NCBI GenBank assembly: GCA_965240325.2
Contig: OZ251222.1
Span: 1,116,001-1,180,000 of the forward strand
Direction of reading: 5' to 3'
Source: Rebecca billardiae RCC1528
Lineage: Eukaryota; Protista; Haptophyta
DNA: 64,000 bases
Shown here: positions 1 through 9,583 of the stretch, in pieces
How the letters are laid out: every line of letters starts with the position of its first letter
Numbering within the stretch: the stretch's first letter is position 1
Notes under the pieces: model-generated
Databases searched by the model: none
What the model saw: the letters and a program-made list of their open reading frames with translations, nothing else
Told to the model about the DNA's origin: nothing
Made by a program: the position numbers and the translations under genes

Positions 1-544
1 GCCGCGGCCATTCCGCGCGAGGCAATCGGCCGGCGCGGCCGGCTGTGGCATGGCGCACTGCATCGACGCGCCGCATCTCACCGTGGCCTCGGCTCGCGCG
101 TGCCGCAAGAGTGCACTGCACGCGCTCAGCACGATGATTCCGGGCGCGAGCCGCAGCCCCATGCTGGGGCGAGGTCGCCCGAAAAGGACGAAAGGGCGGA
201 AAGGCCGCCTCAACCGCCGTGCGGTTGCGGTACACGATGGCGGCGGACCCCGTCACCACTGTGACCAAGTCCACCGCAAGCCGCCCCAACTCCCACTGAG
301 CAGTGCAGGCTGTTCGTCCGTCGGTCAGACGTACCCGGTGGACATCAGCATTGTCACTGCCAATGCACTACTGTGCCATGGCCACAGTGGGTGCCGCCGG
401 GCCCGCCGGGGCTGCTAGTGCAGCGCGCCAATGCCCGTGGCCCGTCGCCCCGTCGGGATGAAAGTGGACCGATGGACGGTCATCTGCCGTCTGGGCCGAT
501 GGGTGGCGGCGCATTCGACGGGGCGGTGGGAGGCGACACGGTGC

Positions 545-1780
545 TCACTCCGCGTCCCACACCTCGGAGCCGGGGGCGATGCCGGTGCCGCGGGCGTCGG
601 CCTCGCCCGTCGGCGTCAGGCGCAGCCTGCACTGTCCGCCAGACTCCACCTGCCACTCGCGGACGGCGCGGCATACCGGGGCGGCCTCGAGGGCCTTGGC
701 GGCCGTCAGGCGCTTCTGCATCTCCGCGTACGCGTCGCACGCCGACCGCACGACGGGCTCGAGCCCGGCGAGGTCGCGCTCGAGCCGGTCCCTCGCGAGC
801 TCGTACAGCCGCTTGTCGCCGCGCGCCTTGTCGTCAATCAGTGCGTGCAGCTCGGCAATCTCGGCGTCCGAGTAGTACGGCCACGGCCCGGGCGGCACCT
901 CCTTCGTGCCCTTCGCCTTCTTGTCCGCGGCGGACTCCCACTGGCGCGCGTAGTGCGGGCACACGGGCAGCCCGACGCGCGAGCACACGAGGAACACCGC
1001 CTGCGCGAACTGCGCCATCACGCCGACCACGTCGAACGCATCCAGCACGCGCGGCAGGTCGGGAAATCCTTTCTGCACGAACCGGCCGGCGTGCGGGTGC
1101 ATCTCGGGCAGCCCCTTGCGGTGGCGCGAGGCCCAGGAGGCGTTGATCACGAAGCCCGAGCCGCCGAGCAGGTGCCCCAGCTGCGGGCTCTCCGCCGCCT
1201 CGATGTACGACCGCATGTCCACCTTTTTGAACTTGTACACGAGCTGGTACCTGTACACGGACGCAAACCAGCCGCGCGGCTCGCGCACGATCAGCACCGC
1301 GACGGCGCGGTGGTGCGCCGGAGCGCGGCGGATGGAGCGGATGCGGGCGAGGTCGGCGGCGAGCGAGGTGCTCATGTCCGTCGACACGTGGTACTCCACC
1401 GCCGCCTGCACGCGCTTGTCGAGGAGGCCGTTCGCACAGCGCTCGTACTTGTCGGTCGCCTCGCGCCGCCGCTTGCCCGCGCCGTAGAAGCAGTAGTGCG
1501 TGGGCGCCGGGTAGACCGACTGCGTGTGCCAGTCGAGCGTCGACAGGCTCAGCCGCTCCCACACGCCGCGCATCGTGGTGCCGGCGCACTTCACGATGTG
1601 GCGGACGATCACAAGGCGGCACTTGATGTCGCCGTCGGGCGCGCCGTCTATCGACGGCATGGCAAAGCCGTCGCGGCACGCGACGGACGGGACGGCGGGC
1701 GAGGACAGCGCGCCGGGCTGCGATTGCCCGGCCGCGAGCACCACCAGCATCCCGACGGGGCTCACGCGCACGAGGCGCAT
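545..1780 (-). CDS. Sulfotransferase-like protein (Sulfotransfer_2/Gal-3-O-ST type), probably secretory pathway
   Basis: 411-aa ORF with hydrophobic N-terminus, 5'-PSB-like RHIVKCAGTT, 3'-PB-like IVREPRGWFASVY, FDVVGVMAQF and C-terminal DKRLYELA. Confidence 0.7.
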   Translation of the reverse strand: MRLVRVSPVGMLVVLAAGQSQPGALSSPAVPSVACRDGFAMPSIDGAPDGDIKCRLVIVRHIVKCAGTTMRGVWERLSLSTLDWHTQSVYPAPTHYCFYGAGKRRREATDKYERCANGLLDKRVQAAVEYHVSTDMSTSLAADLARIRSIRRAPAHHRAVAVLIVREPRGWFASVYRYQLVYKFKKVDMRSYIEAAESPQLGHLLGGSGFVINASWASRHRKGLPEMHPHAGRFVQKGFPDLPRVLDAFDVVGVMAQFAQAVFLVCSRVGLPVCPHYARQWESAADKKAKGTKEVPPGPWPYYSDAEIAELHALIDDKARGDKRLYELARDRLERDLAGLEPVVRSACDAYAEMQKRLTAAKALEAAPVCRAVREWQVESGGQCRLRLTPTGEADARGTGIAPGSEVWDAE

Positions 1781-1963
1781 CGCGCGAGCGGCGCTGGAAT
1801 CAGTTCGCGCTGTCGCGCCACCCTTGCTTGACTTTTACTCGGATGGCACGATGGCCGCCCGAGCCGATCGAAAGGCCCAAGCCGAAAGTTCGACCGGAAA
1901 GGCCCGGCGCTGGGCACGGAGCCAGCAGCGCGAGCCACTGGCCGCGTGACGGCCACGATCAGG

Positions 1964-2265
1964 ATGGCGAAGAGTGACAGCCTCGCGCGCAAGCGCGCTC
2001 CTGCCAGGAGCGCGCCAGCGCAGGGGAAGGCCAAACGCGTGGCCAATGGCGCCCCGAAGCCATCAGCAAAGGCCGTGGCGGCGCGTGCAGGGCGAGGCCG
2101 AGCGTCCCCGCGCGACCCTCCGAGCGCGCGTGTCGAGGACGAGGAGGTGGCCTCGTCCGAGGACGACGACGAGGATGACGACGGTGACGAGGACGACGAG
2201 CGGGGCGGCCTTGCGAAGAGGCGCGGGCCTCGCGACCGCGCGGGCGGTCACGCTGGCGGCAGCAC

Positions 2266-2298
<33 letters not shown>

Positions 2299-4000
2299 CG
2301 AGACGCTCGACGAGCGGCGCGTTCGGATGGCAAAGGCGATGCTGACCAAGCTCGAGCGCGCGCGGCAAGCGACGGGGGCGGAGGAGGACGACGCGGAGGA
2401 GGAGATCGAGCGCGAGCTGCAGAAGCAAGCGGCGATCGCCGCCGGCCGCCACTTCGAGCGGGTCGCCTCGCGCCTGGCCGCGCGCCCGCCCTTGCACACG
2501 CGCGTGCTCCGAGGCCTGCGGCGCGCGCCCACAGCACTCTGCCTGTGTGCAGACGACAGCGCGGCGTACACGGGCTCGAAGGACGGCGAGCTGGTGCGCT
2601 GGGACGTGGAGACCGGCAAGCGCACGCGGCTCACGCCCAAGGCCGGCAAGAAGACCCCCATCGCCGGCCTCGCGCTCTCCGCCGATGGCGCGCTGCTCGC
2701 ATGCGGCGGGCCTGACCAGCTGCTGCACGTGTGGGACACGCGCTCGGCGCAGTGCGTCGAGAGCTTCAAGGTGCGCGCGCGCGCGGTGTGTTGTGCTCGC
2801 GTGGCGTGATGCGGGGCGCCGAGCGCGCGCGCGCGCCCATCGGCGCGCCGTCGCGCTCTGCCTGTCTCCCTCGCGCACATGCGCACGCCCACTCACGCCT
2901 CCTGGGTGCTCCCCCGCGCGCGCCACTCGCTGCGCGCGCGCGCACACGCGCGCCCTCGCTCACAGGGCCACCGCGATGGTCTGAGTGCGCTCGCATTCGG
3001 CGGGGCGTCGAAGGAGCTCTTCACCGCCGCGCGCGACCGCACGGTCAAGCTGTGGAACCTGAGCGAGATGGCGTACGTCGAGACCCTCTTCGGCCACGCA
3101 GACGAGATCACTGCGCTCGACGCGCTCTCGGGCGAGCGCGCCGTCTCGTGCGGCACCGACCGATCCGTCCGGCTGTGGAAGGTGCACGAGGAGACTCAGC
3201 TGGTCTTCCACGGGCACTCGGCGGCGATCGACTGCGTGCGGATGCTCACGCCGAGCTCGTTCGTCACGGGCTCGCAGGACGGTGTGCGCTGCCGCCGCCG
3301 CGCGCGCCGCCGCGCGCCCCGCCGCGCCCTTGTGGCCCGCGCGCCGCGCCGCCGCTCGCGGCCTGACGCCCCCTGCACCCTCGCCGTGCATCGACCGGCG
3401 GGCGGGCGGCGCGGACGCGCACAGGCCGAATCTGCCTGTGGCAGGCCTCGCGCAAGAAGCCGGTCGCGACGGTCGCGGGCGCGCACGGCGCCGGCCCGAC
3501 GCACGGCGCGCCGTGCAACTGGATCTCCGCACTTGGTGTTCTCCCCTACTCGGACGTCGTTGCGTCGGGCGCGGCCGACGGCATGGTGAGGTTTTGGCGC
3601 GCGGCCGCAGACGAGAGCGCGCTCGAGCCGGTCCATGCGGCCGCTGTGCCGGGTGCGTGCGCGCCGCGGCGGGCGGGGCGCGCGTGCACGCGCGCGCGTG
3701 CGAGCCAGCGCCGCCGCCCTGCCCTCAGCTGAGCACGCGCGCTCGCGCCTCCTCGCGCACGCGCGCCCGGCCGCAGGGTTTGTCAACGCCATCGAGATCT
3801 CGCGTGCATCTCGGCGCTTTGCGGTGGCGGCGGTGGGGATGGAGCACCGGCTGGGGCGCTGGTTTGTGGACACGGATGTGCGCAACGGCATCGCGGTGGT
3901 GCAGCTGCCCGCGGCTCTCTCCGACGAGCCCGACGACCAGCAGGGCTCGACAAGCGACGCCGGGGAGCAAGATGATGACTCAGACGACGTCGCCGGATGA
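1964..4000 (+). CDS. RRP9: U3 snoRNP WD40 protein RRP9/U3-55K; exons 1964-2770, 2966-3281, 3425-3652, 3777-4000
   Basis: Basic/acidic N-terminus, ETLDERRVRMAK, WD40 repeats, DRTVKLWNLSEMAYVETLFGH, WISALGVLPYSDVVASG, VGMEHRLGRW; three GT-AG introns keep the frame. Confidence 0.92.
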
Positions 4001-4394
4001 AACTGATGATCGACGGCGCGCACCAGGGCGCACCAGGGCGCAGCAGGGCGCAGCACTAGCAGGCCAATCGTGACGACTGCTCAGCGAGCCCTCGTCCCGT
4101 TGGAAGGGAACGGAAGGAGGGGGGCGGAGGCAGGCGGCCTGCTGATGATGAATAATAAGCACAAGTATACGGTGGCGGGCCTGTCGTGCCTGTGGCTGTG
4201 CTGTGCCTGTGTCACTCTGTGTGCAGGCTACGCGGTGGACCTATTCAAGGCACTAGCATCGTCAGTATTTATTGCGCTGGCTATGATGCTGATGTAGTAT
4301 ATCGCCCACACTACGCGCTGGTACTTCTTCACTGGGGAGCACCGCCACGCGGCCACGACTCTTCTTCTTCAGTCTAACAGCTTCATGGCAACTG

Positions 4395-5630
4395 TCAGCA
4401 GCGCGCTGCGGGGTCGAGCGGCATGAGGTGTACGGTCGCGCGCAGGACGAGCGGCTCGTCCAGCCGGATGTGCTCCACGTCGTACGCCGGCTTGGGCAGA
4501 TGCGTCACCGGCGCGTACTGCGGGCCCGCGCCGTGCTCGCGCAGCGCGCGCATCAGCACGGCGGCCATCTTGGGCTTGACTTTGCGGGAGAGGCTGTCGA
4601 CGTCGGTGATGTGGTAGATGACGGCCTGCGGCTCGTAGTGCTCGTCCTTCTCCAGCCCGTCGACCGCGCTCACCTCCCAGAACGAGAAGGCGGAGCCGCG
4701 CGCGCCGCGGCCGCGCGGCCGCGCGATGTGCAGCCAGGGCACATGCACGACAACGGCCCGACCCGCCGCCTGCGCCTGCAGCCGCTGGAGCGCGGCGACG
4801 CGCGCGCGGCCCCCACCGGCCGCCGGGGGAGGCACGAGCGTGACGTGGAGCTGTGAACGCCCGTCGACGCGCGCGCAGGCCCAGTTGTACCGCAAGTTGC
4901 CGCCGCCGCCGCCGCCGCCGCCCTGGCCGCCGCCCCTACTGCCGGTGCCCTCAAGTGCTCGCGCGAGCTCGGCGGTGCTCACGCCGCTCTCGGCGGGTGA
5001 CGCACCCGCCTCGCCCGCGCCCTCCTCCTCGCCCGCCGCCCCCGCAGCCGACACCGGCGCCGCGCACCGCCGCGTGATCTCGTCCGCCAGATTCGCGAGC
5101 TCGTCCGTGATTGGCTGCTCGGAAGTCCGGAAGAACGCGTCGGTGAGCAGGGCGCCGGGCAGCCTGGCGGAGTGCGCGCGTGTGTCGGAGGCGCCACGCC
5201 AGAAGTCCGCGAAGATGCGCATGGCGTGTGCCTTGCCGCCCTTCTTGTAGTTGTGAGTGTGCAGCGCGATATGCGACGGAGGGCGCGCGGCGATGCGCTC
5301 CCAGCACAACTGTCGCTCGCTGTCGCCGAGGGCACTCGGGACGACCAGGTGCAGCCGCACGCTCATCGAGTCAGGGCCGCGCTCGAGCCCCGTGAGCGTG
5401 CGCACGAGCTTGCGCAGGCCGGTCACGTCCGGGAAGTTCTTGTCCGCCGCGACCACCGTCGAGCCGCGCGCCGCCGTCGCGAGCGCGGCGCTGAAATCCT
5501 GCCCGCGCGCCCGGCACTCGTCGGACGACGCGACCGCAAAGCCGCGCTCACGCAGGGCTGCGACGAGCGTAGACTTGCCGCCACCGGGGGGCAGCGACGC
5601 GCAGGCGACGACGTGGACGACGCGGCGCAT
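4395..5630 (-). CDS. Stand-alone polynucleotide kinase + 2H cyclic phosphodiesterase (partial duplicate of the tRNA ligase gene, no ligase domain)
   Basis: ATG at 5630 opens a 411-aa frame highly similar to ~16813-18117; P-loop LPPGGGKSTL, ADKN, and 2H motifs HVTL and YHIT retained. Could be a recent pseudogene. Confidence 0.6.
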   Translation of the reverse strand: MRRVVHVVACASLPPGGGKSTLVAALRERGFAVASSDECRARGQDFSAALATAARGSTVVAADKNFPDVTGLRKLVRTLTGLERGPDSMSVRLHLVVPSALGDSERQLCWERIAARPPSHIALHTHNYKKGGKAHAMRIFADFWRGASDTRAHSARLPGALLTDAFFRTSEQPITDELANLADEITRRCAAPVSAAGAAGEEEGAGEAGASPAESGVSTAELARALEGTGSRGGGQGGGGGGGGNLRYNWACARVDGRSQLHVTLVPPPAAGGGRARVAALQRLQAQAAGRAVVVHVPWLHIARPRGRGARGSAFSFWEVSAVDGLEKDEHYEPQAVIYHITDVDSLSRKVKPKMAAVLMRALREHGAGPQYAPVTHLPKPAYDVEHIRLDEPLVLRATVHLMPLDPAARC

Positions 5631-5685
5631 TCGGCCGGAGGACGATGCGGTACTTCGCGTCAATCCCGTTCAGCTTTGTGCAGCT

Positions 5686-8600
5686 GTGGTGCGATAAACA
5701 CCGAAGGCTGGTGGCAGCTTACTAATCAGAAGATGGCTCAAACAACCAGAGGTCACAGCACACCATGCATCGTGCCCTGACCGTGCACGGTCCTGCAGTG
5801 CGCAGACTCACAGTGGACCGGATGTTCTTCCGGGTGAGGCGGCACTCGCCGCCGCAAGGAAAAGCGCATCAGCAGGCGGCTCCGAGTCGCAGACGCAGCA
5901 GGCGGCTCCGAGTCGCAGCTGCATCGCGTTGCGTTGCCCCCCGGGGGCGCGGCGACGGCCTCGGCGAGCGTGCCCTTGGGGCCGCAGCTGGGCTCGCACA
6001 GCGACACGGCCCAGTCCTCGTGGCGCGATGGCCCGCGGGGATCGGGCCTCCCCCGACCGCCGGCTCTTCGCGGGTCGGCGAGGGTTGCCAACAACCTGCA
6101 ACCGAGAAGCGCTCGTTGCATTCCGCGGCGCTGCCGCAGACGGTCGGGGCGAGCGTGCCCTCGGGGCCACCGTCGGTGTCTCATGGAGACAGGGTCCAGC
6201 CCTCGTGGCTCGATGGCCCGCTGGCGCTCTGGCCTACCTCAGTCGGCCCTTCGGGAGTCTGTGAGGGTTGCCTGCAACCTGCAACCGGGAAGCTCACGCC
6301 GCATATCGCGGTGCTGCAGCGGACGGTCTGGGCGTGTGCGCCCTTGTGGCCGCCGCCGTCGTCTCATGGAGACAGGGTCCAGCCCTCGTAGCTCGATGGC
6401 CCGCTGGTGCTCTGGCCTGCCTCAGTCGGCTCTTCGTGAGTCGGTGAGGGTTGCCCCCAACCTGCAACCGGGAAGCTCACGCCGCATATCGCGGTGCTGC
6501 AGCGGACGGTCTGGGCGTGTGCGCCCTTGTGGCCGCCGCCGTTGTCTCATGGAGACAGGGTCCAGCCCTTGTGGCTCGATGGCCCGCTGGTGCTCTGGCC
6601 TGCCTCAGTCGGCTCTTCGTGAGTCGGTGAGGGTTGCCCCCAACCTGCAACCGGGAAGCTCACGCCGCATATCGCGGTGCTGCAGTGGACGGTCTGGGCG
6701 TGTGCGCCCTCGTGGCCGCCGCCGTTGTCTCATGGAGACAGGGCCCAGCCCTCGTAGCTCGATGGCCCGCTGGTGCTCTGGCCTACCTCAGTCGGTCCTT
6801 CGGGAGTCGGTGAGGGTCGCCTGCACCTGCAACCGGGAAGCTCACACAGCATACAGCTGTGCTGCAGCGGCCGGTTTGGGTGTGTGTGCCCTTGTGGCCG
6901 CCGCCGTTGTCTCATGGAGACAGGGTCCAGCCCTCGTGGCTCGATGGCTCGCTGGTGCTCTGGCCTGCCTCAGTCGGCCCTTCGGGAGTCGGTGGGGGTT
7001 GCCAGCAACCTGCAACCGGGAAGCTCACGCCGCATACAGCGGTGCTGCAGCGGCCGGTTTGGGTGTGTGTGCCCTTGTGGCCGCCGCCGTTGTCTCATGG
7101 AGACAGGGCCCAGCCCTCGTGGCTCGATGGCTCGCTGGTGCTCTGGCCTACCTCGGTCGGCCCTTCGGGAGTCGGTGAGGGTTGCCTGCAACCTGCAACC
7201 GGGAAGCTCACGCCGCATGTCGCTGTGCTGCAGCGGACGGTCTGGGCGTGTGTGCTCTAGTGGCCGCCGCCGTTGTCTCATGAAGACAGGGTCCAGCCCT
7301 TGTGGCTCGATGGCTCGCTGGTGCTCTGGCCTACCTCAGTCGACCCTTCGGGAGTCGGTGAGGGTTGCCCCCAACCTGCAACCGGGAAGCTCACGCCGCA
7401 TGTCGCGGTGCTGCAGAGGACGGTCTGGGCATGTGCGCCCTCGTGGCCGCCGCCGTTGTCTCGCGGAGACAGGGTCCAGCCCTCGTGGCTCGATGGCCGG
7501 CTGGTGCGCTGGCCTACCTCAGTCAGCCCTTCGGCAGTCGGTGAGGGTTGCCTGCAACCTGCAACCAGGAAGCTCGTCACGCGCAGCATACTGCTGCGCT
7601 GTAGCTGACTGTCTGGGCGTGTGTGCCCTCTTGGCCGCCGCCGTTCGGTCTCATGAAGACAGACAGGGTCCAGCCAGCGTGGCTCGATGGCCCGCTGATG
7701 CTCTGGCCTACCTCAGTCCCGGGCTCTTCGTGAGTCGGTGAGGGTTGCCCGCAACCGCCTGCAACCTGGAAGCTCACGCAGCATTACATTGCGGTGCTGA
7801 GGCGCGGCGGACGGTCTGGGCGTGTGTGCCCTGGTGGCCCGGCCGGCGCCGTTGTCTCACATGCTGAGACAGGGTCCGTCAGCAGGCCCGTGTGGCTCGA
7901 TGGCGGCCCTCTGATGCTCGGGCCTACCTCAGTCCCGGGCTCTTCGTAAGTCGGTGAGGGTTGCCTGCAACCGCCTGCAACCTGAAAGCTCACGCAGCAC
8001 AATGCGCAAGGCGGTGCTGAGGCGCAGACCGGTTACTGTGTGTGTGTGCCCTCGTGGCCGCCGCAGCACGGTAGTGTCTCATTATGACAAGTAACTGCTA
8101 TGCGAACGGACAGGGTCCAGCCCGCGTGGCTCGATGGCCCGCAGATGCTTGGGCCTACCTCAGCCCAGGGCTCTTCGTGAGTCGGTGAGGGCGTTGCCTG
8201 CAACCGCCTGCAACTCCTGGAAGCTCACGCTGACACGCAGCACATTGCAGTGCTGTTGCGCGGACGGTCTGGGCGTGTGAGCCCTGGTGGCCACCGCCGT
8301 CATGTCTAGCATGGAGACAGGCAGGGCCCCAGTCATCTTGGCTTGATGGCCCGCTGGTGCTCGGGCCTCCCTCAGTCAGCTCTTCGTGAGTCGTCGGTGA
8401 GGGTTATTGCCTGCAACCTTTATTACCTCATTCGACCCTTCGTGCGTCTGTGAGGGTTGCATGCCTGCGACTTGCAGCTGAAAAGCTCGCGCAGCATCAC
8501 TGCAGCATGCAGCGGTGGCTGCAGCTTACGGTCTGGGCATGAGTGTGCCCTCGTGGCAGCTGCGTTGTCTCATGGAGACAGGGCCCTGCCCTCATGGCTC

Positions 8601-9583
8601 GATGGCCAGCTGGTGCTCGGGCCTCCCTCAGTCGGCCCTCCGGGAGTCGGTGAGGCTGGCCGAGTGCAGCCTGCAACCAGGACTGGCTCATGCTGCATAC
8701 TGAAGCTGGGCTGCAGCGGGCGCGGGTCCGGTCAGTGGGCGTGCGCCCTCTGGGCAGTTATCTCCTCATGGAGATAGGTTTCAGCCCTCGTGGCTCGATG
8801 GCCAGCTGGTGCTCGGGCCTACCTCACTCGGCTCTTCGTGAGTCGGTGAGGGGTGCCTGCATCAAGGCGCGAGCAGTTCGCGTGCGCTGGACTGACTCGT
8901 GCGCACTAGCTGTGGGGCATGCCATTGCGCACACCGGCGGTCAATGGACCGACTCGCCAGCAGGGAGGCAGGACTACTCGAACGAGGGACTGCCCCCGCT
9001 GCCGCAGCCAGTGCCAGCAGTGGCACTGGCAGCGCAGATAGCACCTGATGGTGCTATCTGGCCGGTGATGGCCATCAGGCGCGCGTGCTCCACTGATGCA
9101 TGCGGCACTGTGCTGCATCATACATACTATGCAGCGAGCAGGCCAGAAGTGGCCGAGCAGACCTCTGCAGTCTCCCTGTGCGCCATCTGAGGCAGCGATG
9201 GGAAGGGATGACGCCGGGTGCGGGCAACCGCAGTGGCCAGGAGGGCAATCAATGGGGCTAGGGCGGCCACACGCCCGCACTCACACCCAGCCGACGCTGC
9301 TGCTGCCGACAGCGCAGCGCCGGTCGGCAGGATGAATGCGGGCGGAGGGGCCGTCCGTTCCTGGCAATGCCTCATCCCTCTAATCCCATGCAAGCCTCCG
9401 CTTAAGGCGGCAGGCAAGGCATAGGGTCTGCTCATCTCTATTCCATATGCTGATCATCAGCAGCTGGATAAGTGATATGGTTGATTGGCTGACAGCCACG
9501 TCAGCGGCGCCGTTGAGGCCCATTTGAGATGGGCAGCGCAGCTGACTCAGTCAGGGGACCTGGTTGACCCAGATGCCTGATTA
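5686..9583 (+). mobile_element. Unit 1 of a DIRS/PAT-like (tyrosine-recombinase class) retroelement pair; non-coding derivative filled with a 183-bp array
   Basis: Its first ~205 bp (A) match 9584-9790 and its last ~330 bp (B, ~9255-9583) match ~13158-13486. Confidence 0.7.
5990..8855. repeat. Tandem array of 183-bp units (~15 copies), later copies expanded by small insertions
   Basis: Marker tcatggagacaggg or variants at 6181, 6364, 6547, 6730, 6912, 7095, 7278, 7461, then 7651, 7857, 8079, ~8309, 8570, 8766. Confidence 0.95.

Noticed and set aside
1855-1915. Repeated GAAAG(G) motifs between divergent genes (also ~180-205) as a structured RNA or promoter element
   Set aside because: No convincing stems; function cannot be supported from sequence alone.
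4070-4377. Short hydrophobic ORFs between RRP9 and the kinase/CPDase copy
   Set aside because: No recognisable motifs, atypical composition, interrupted by a stop.
5990-8855. 183-bp array as a CRISPR-like locus
   Set aside because: Whole units are homologous; there are no unique spacers and no cas genes.
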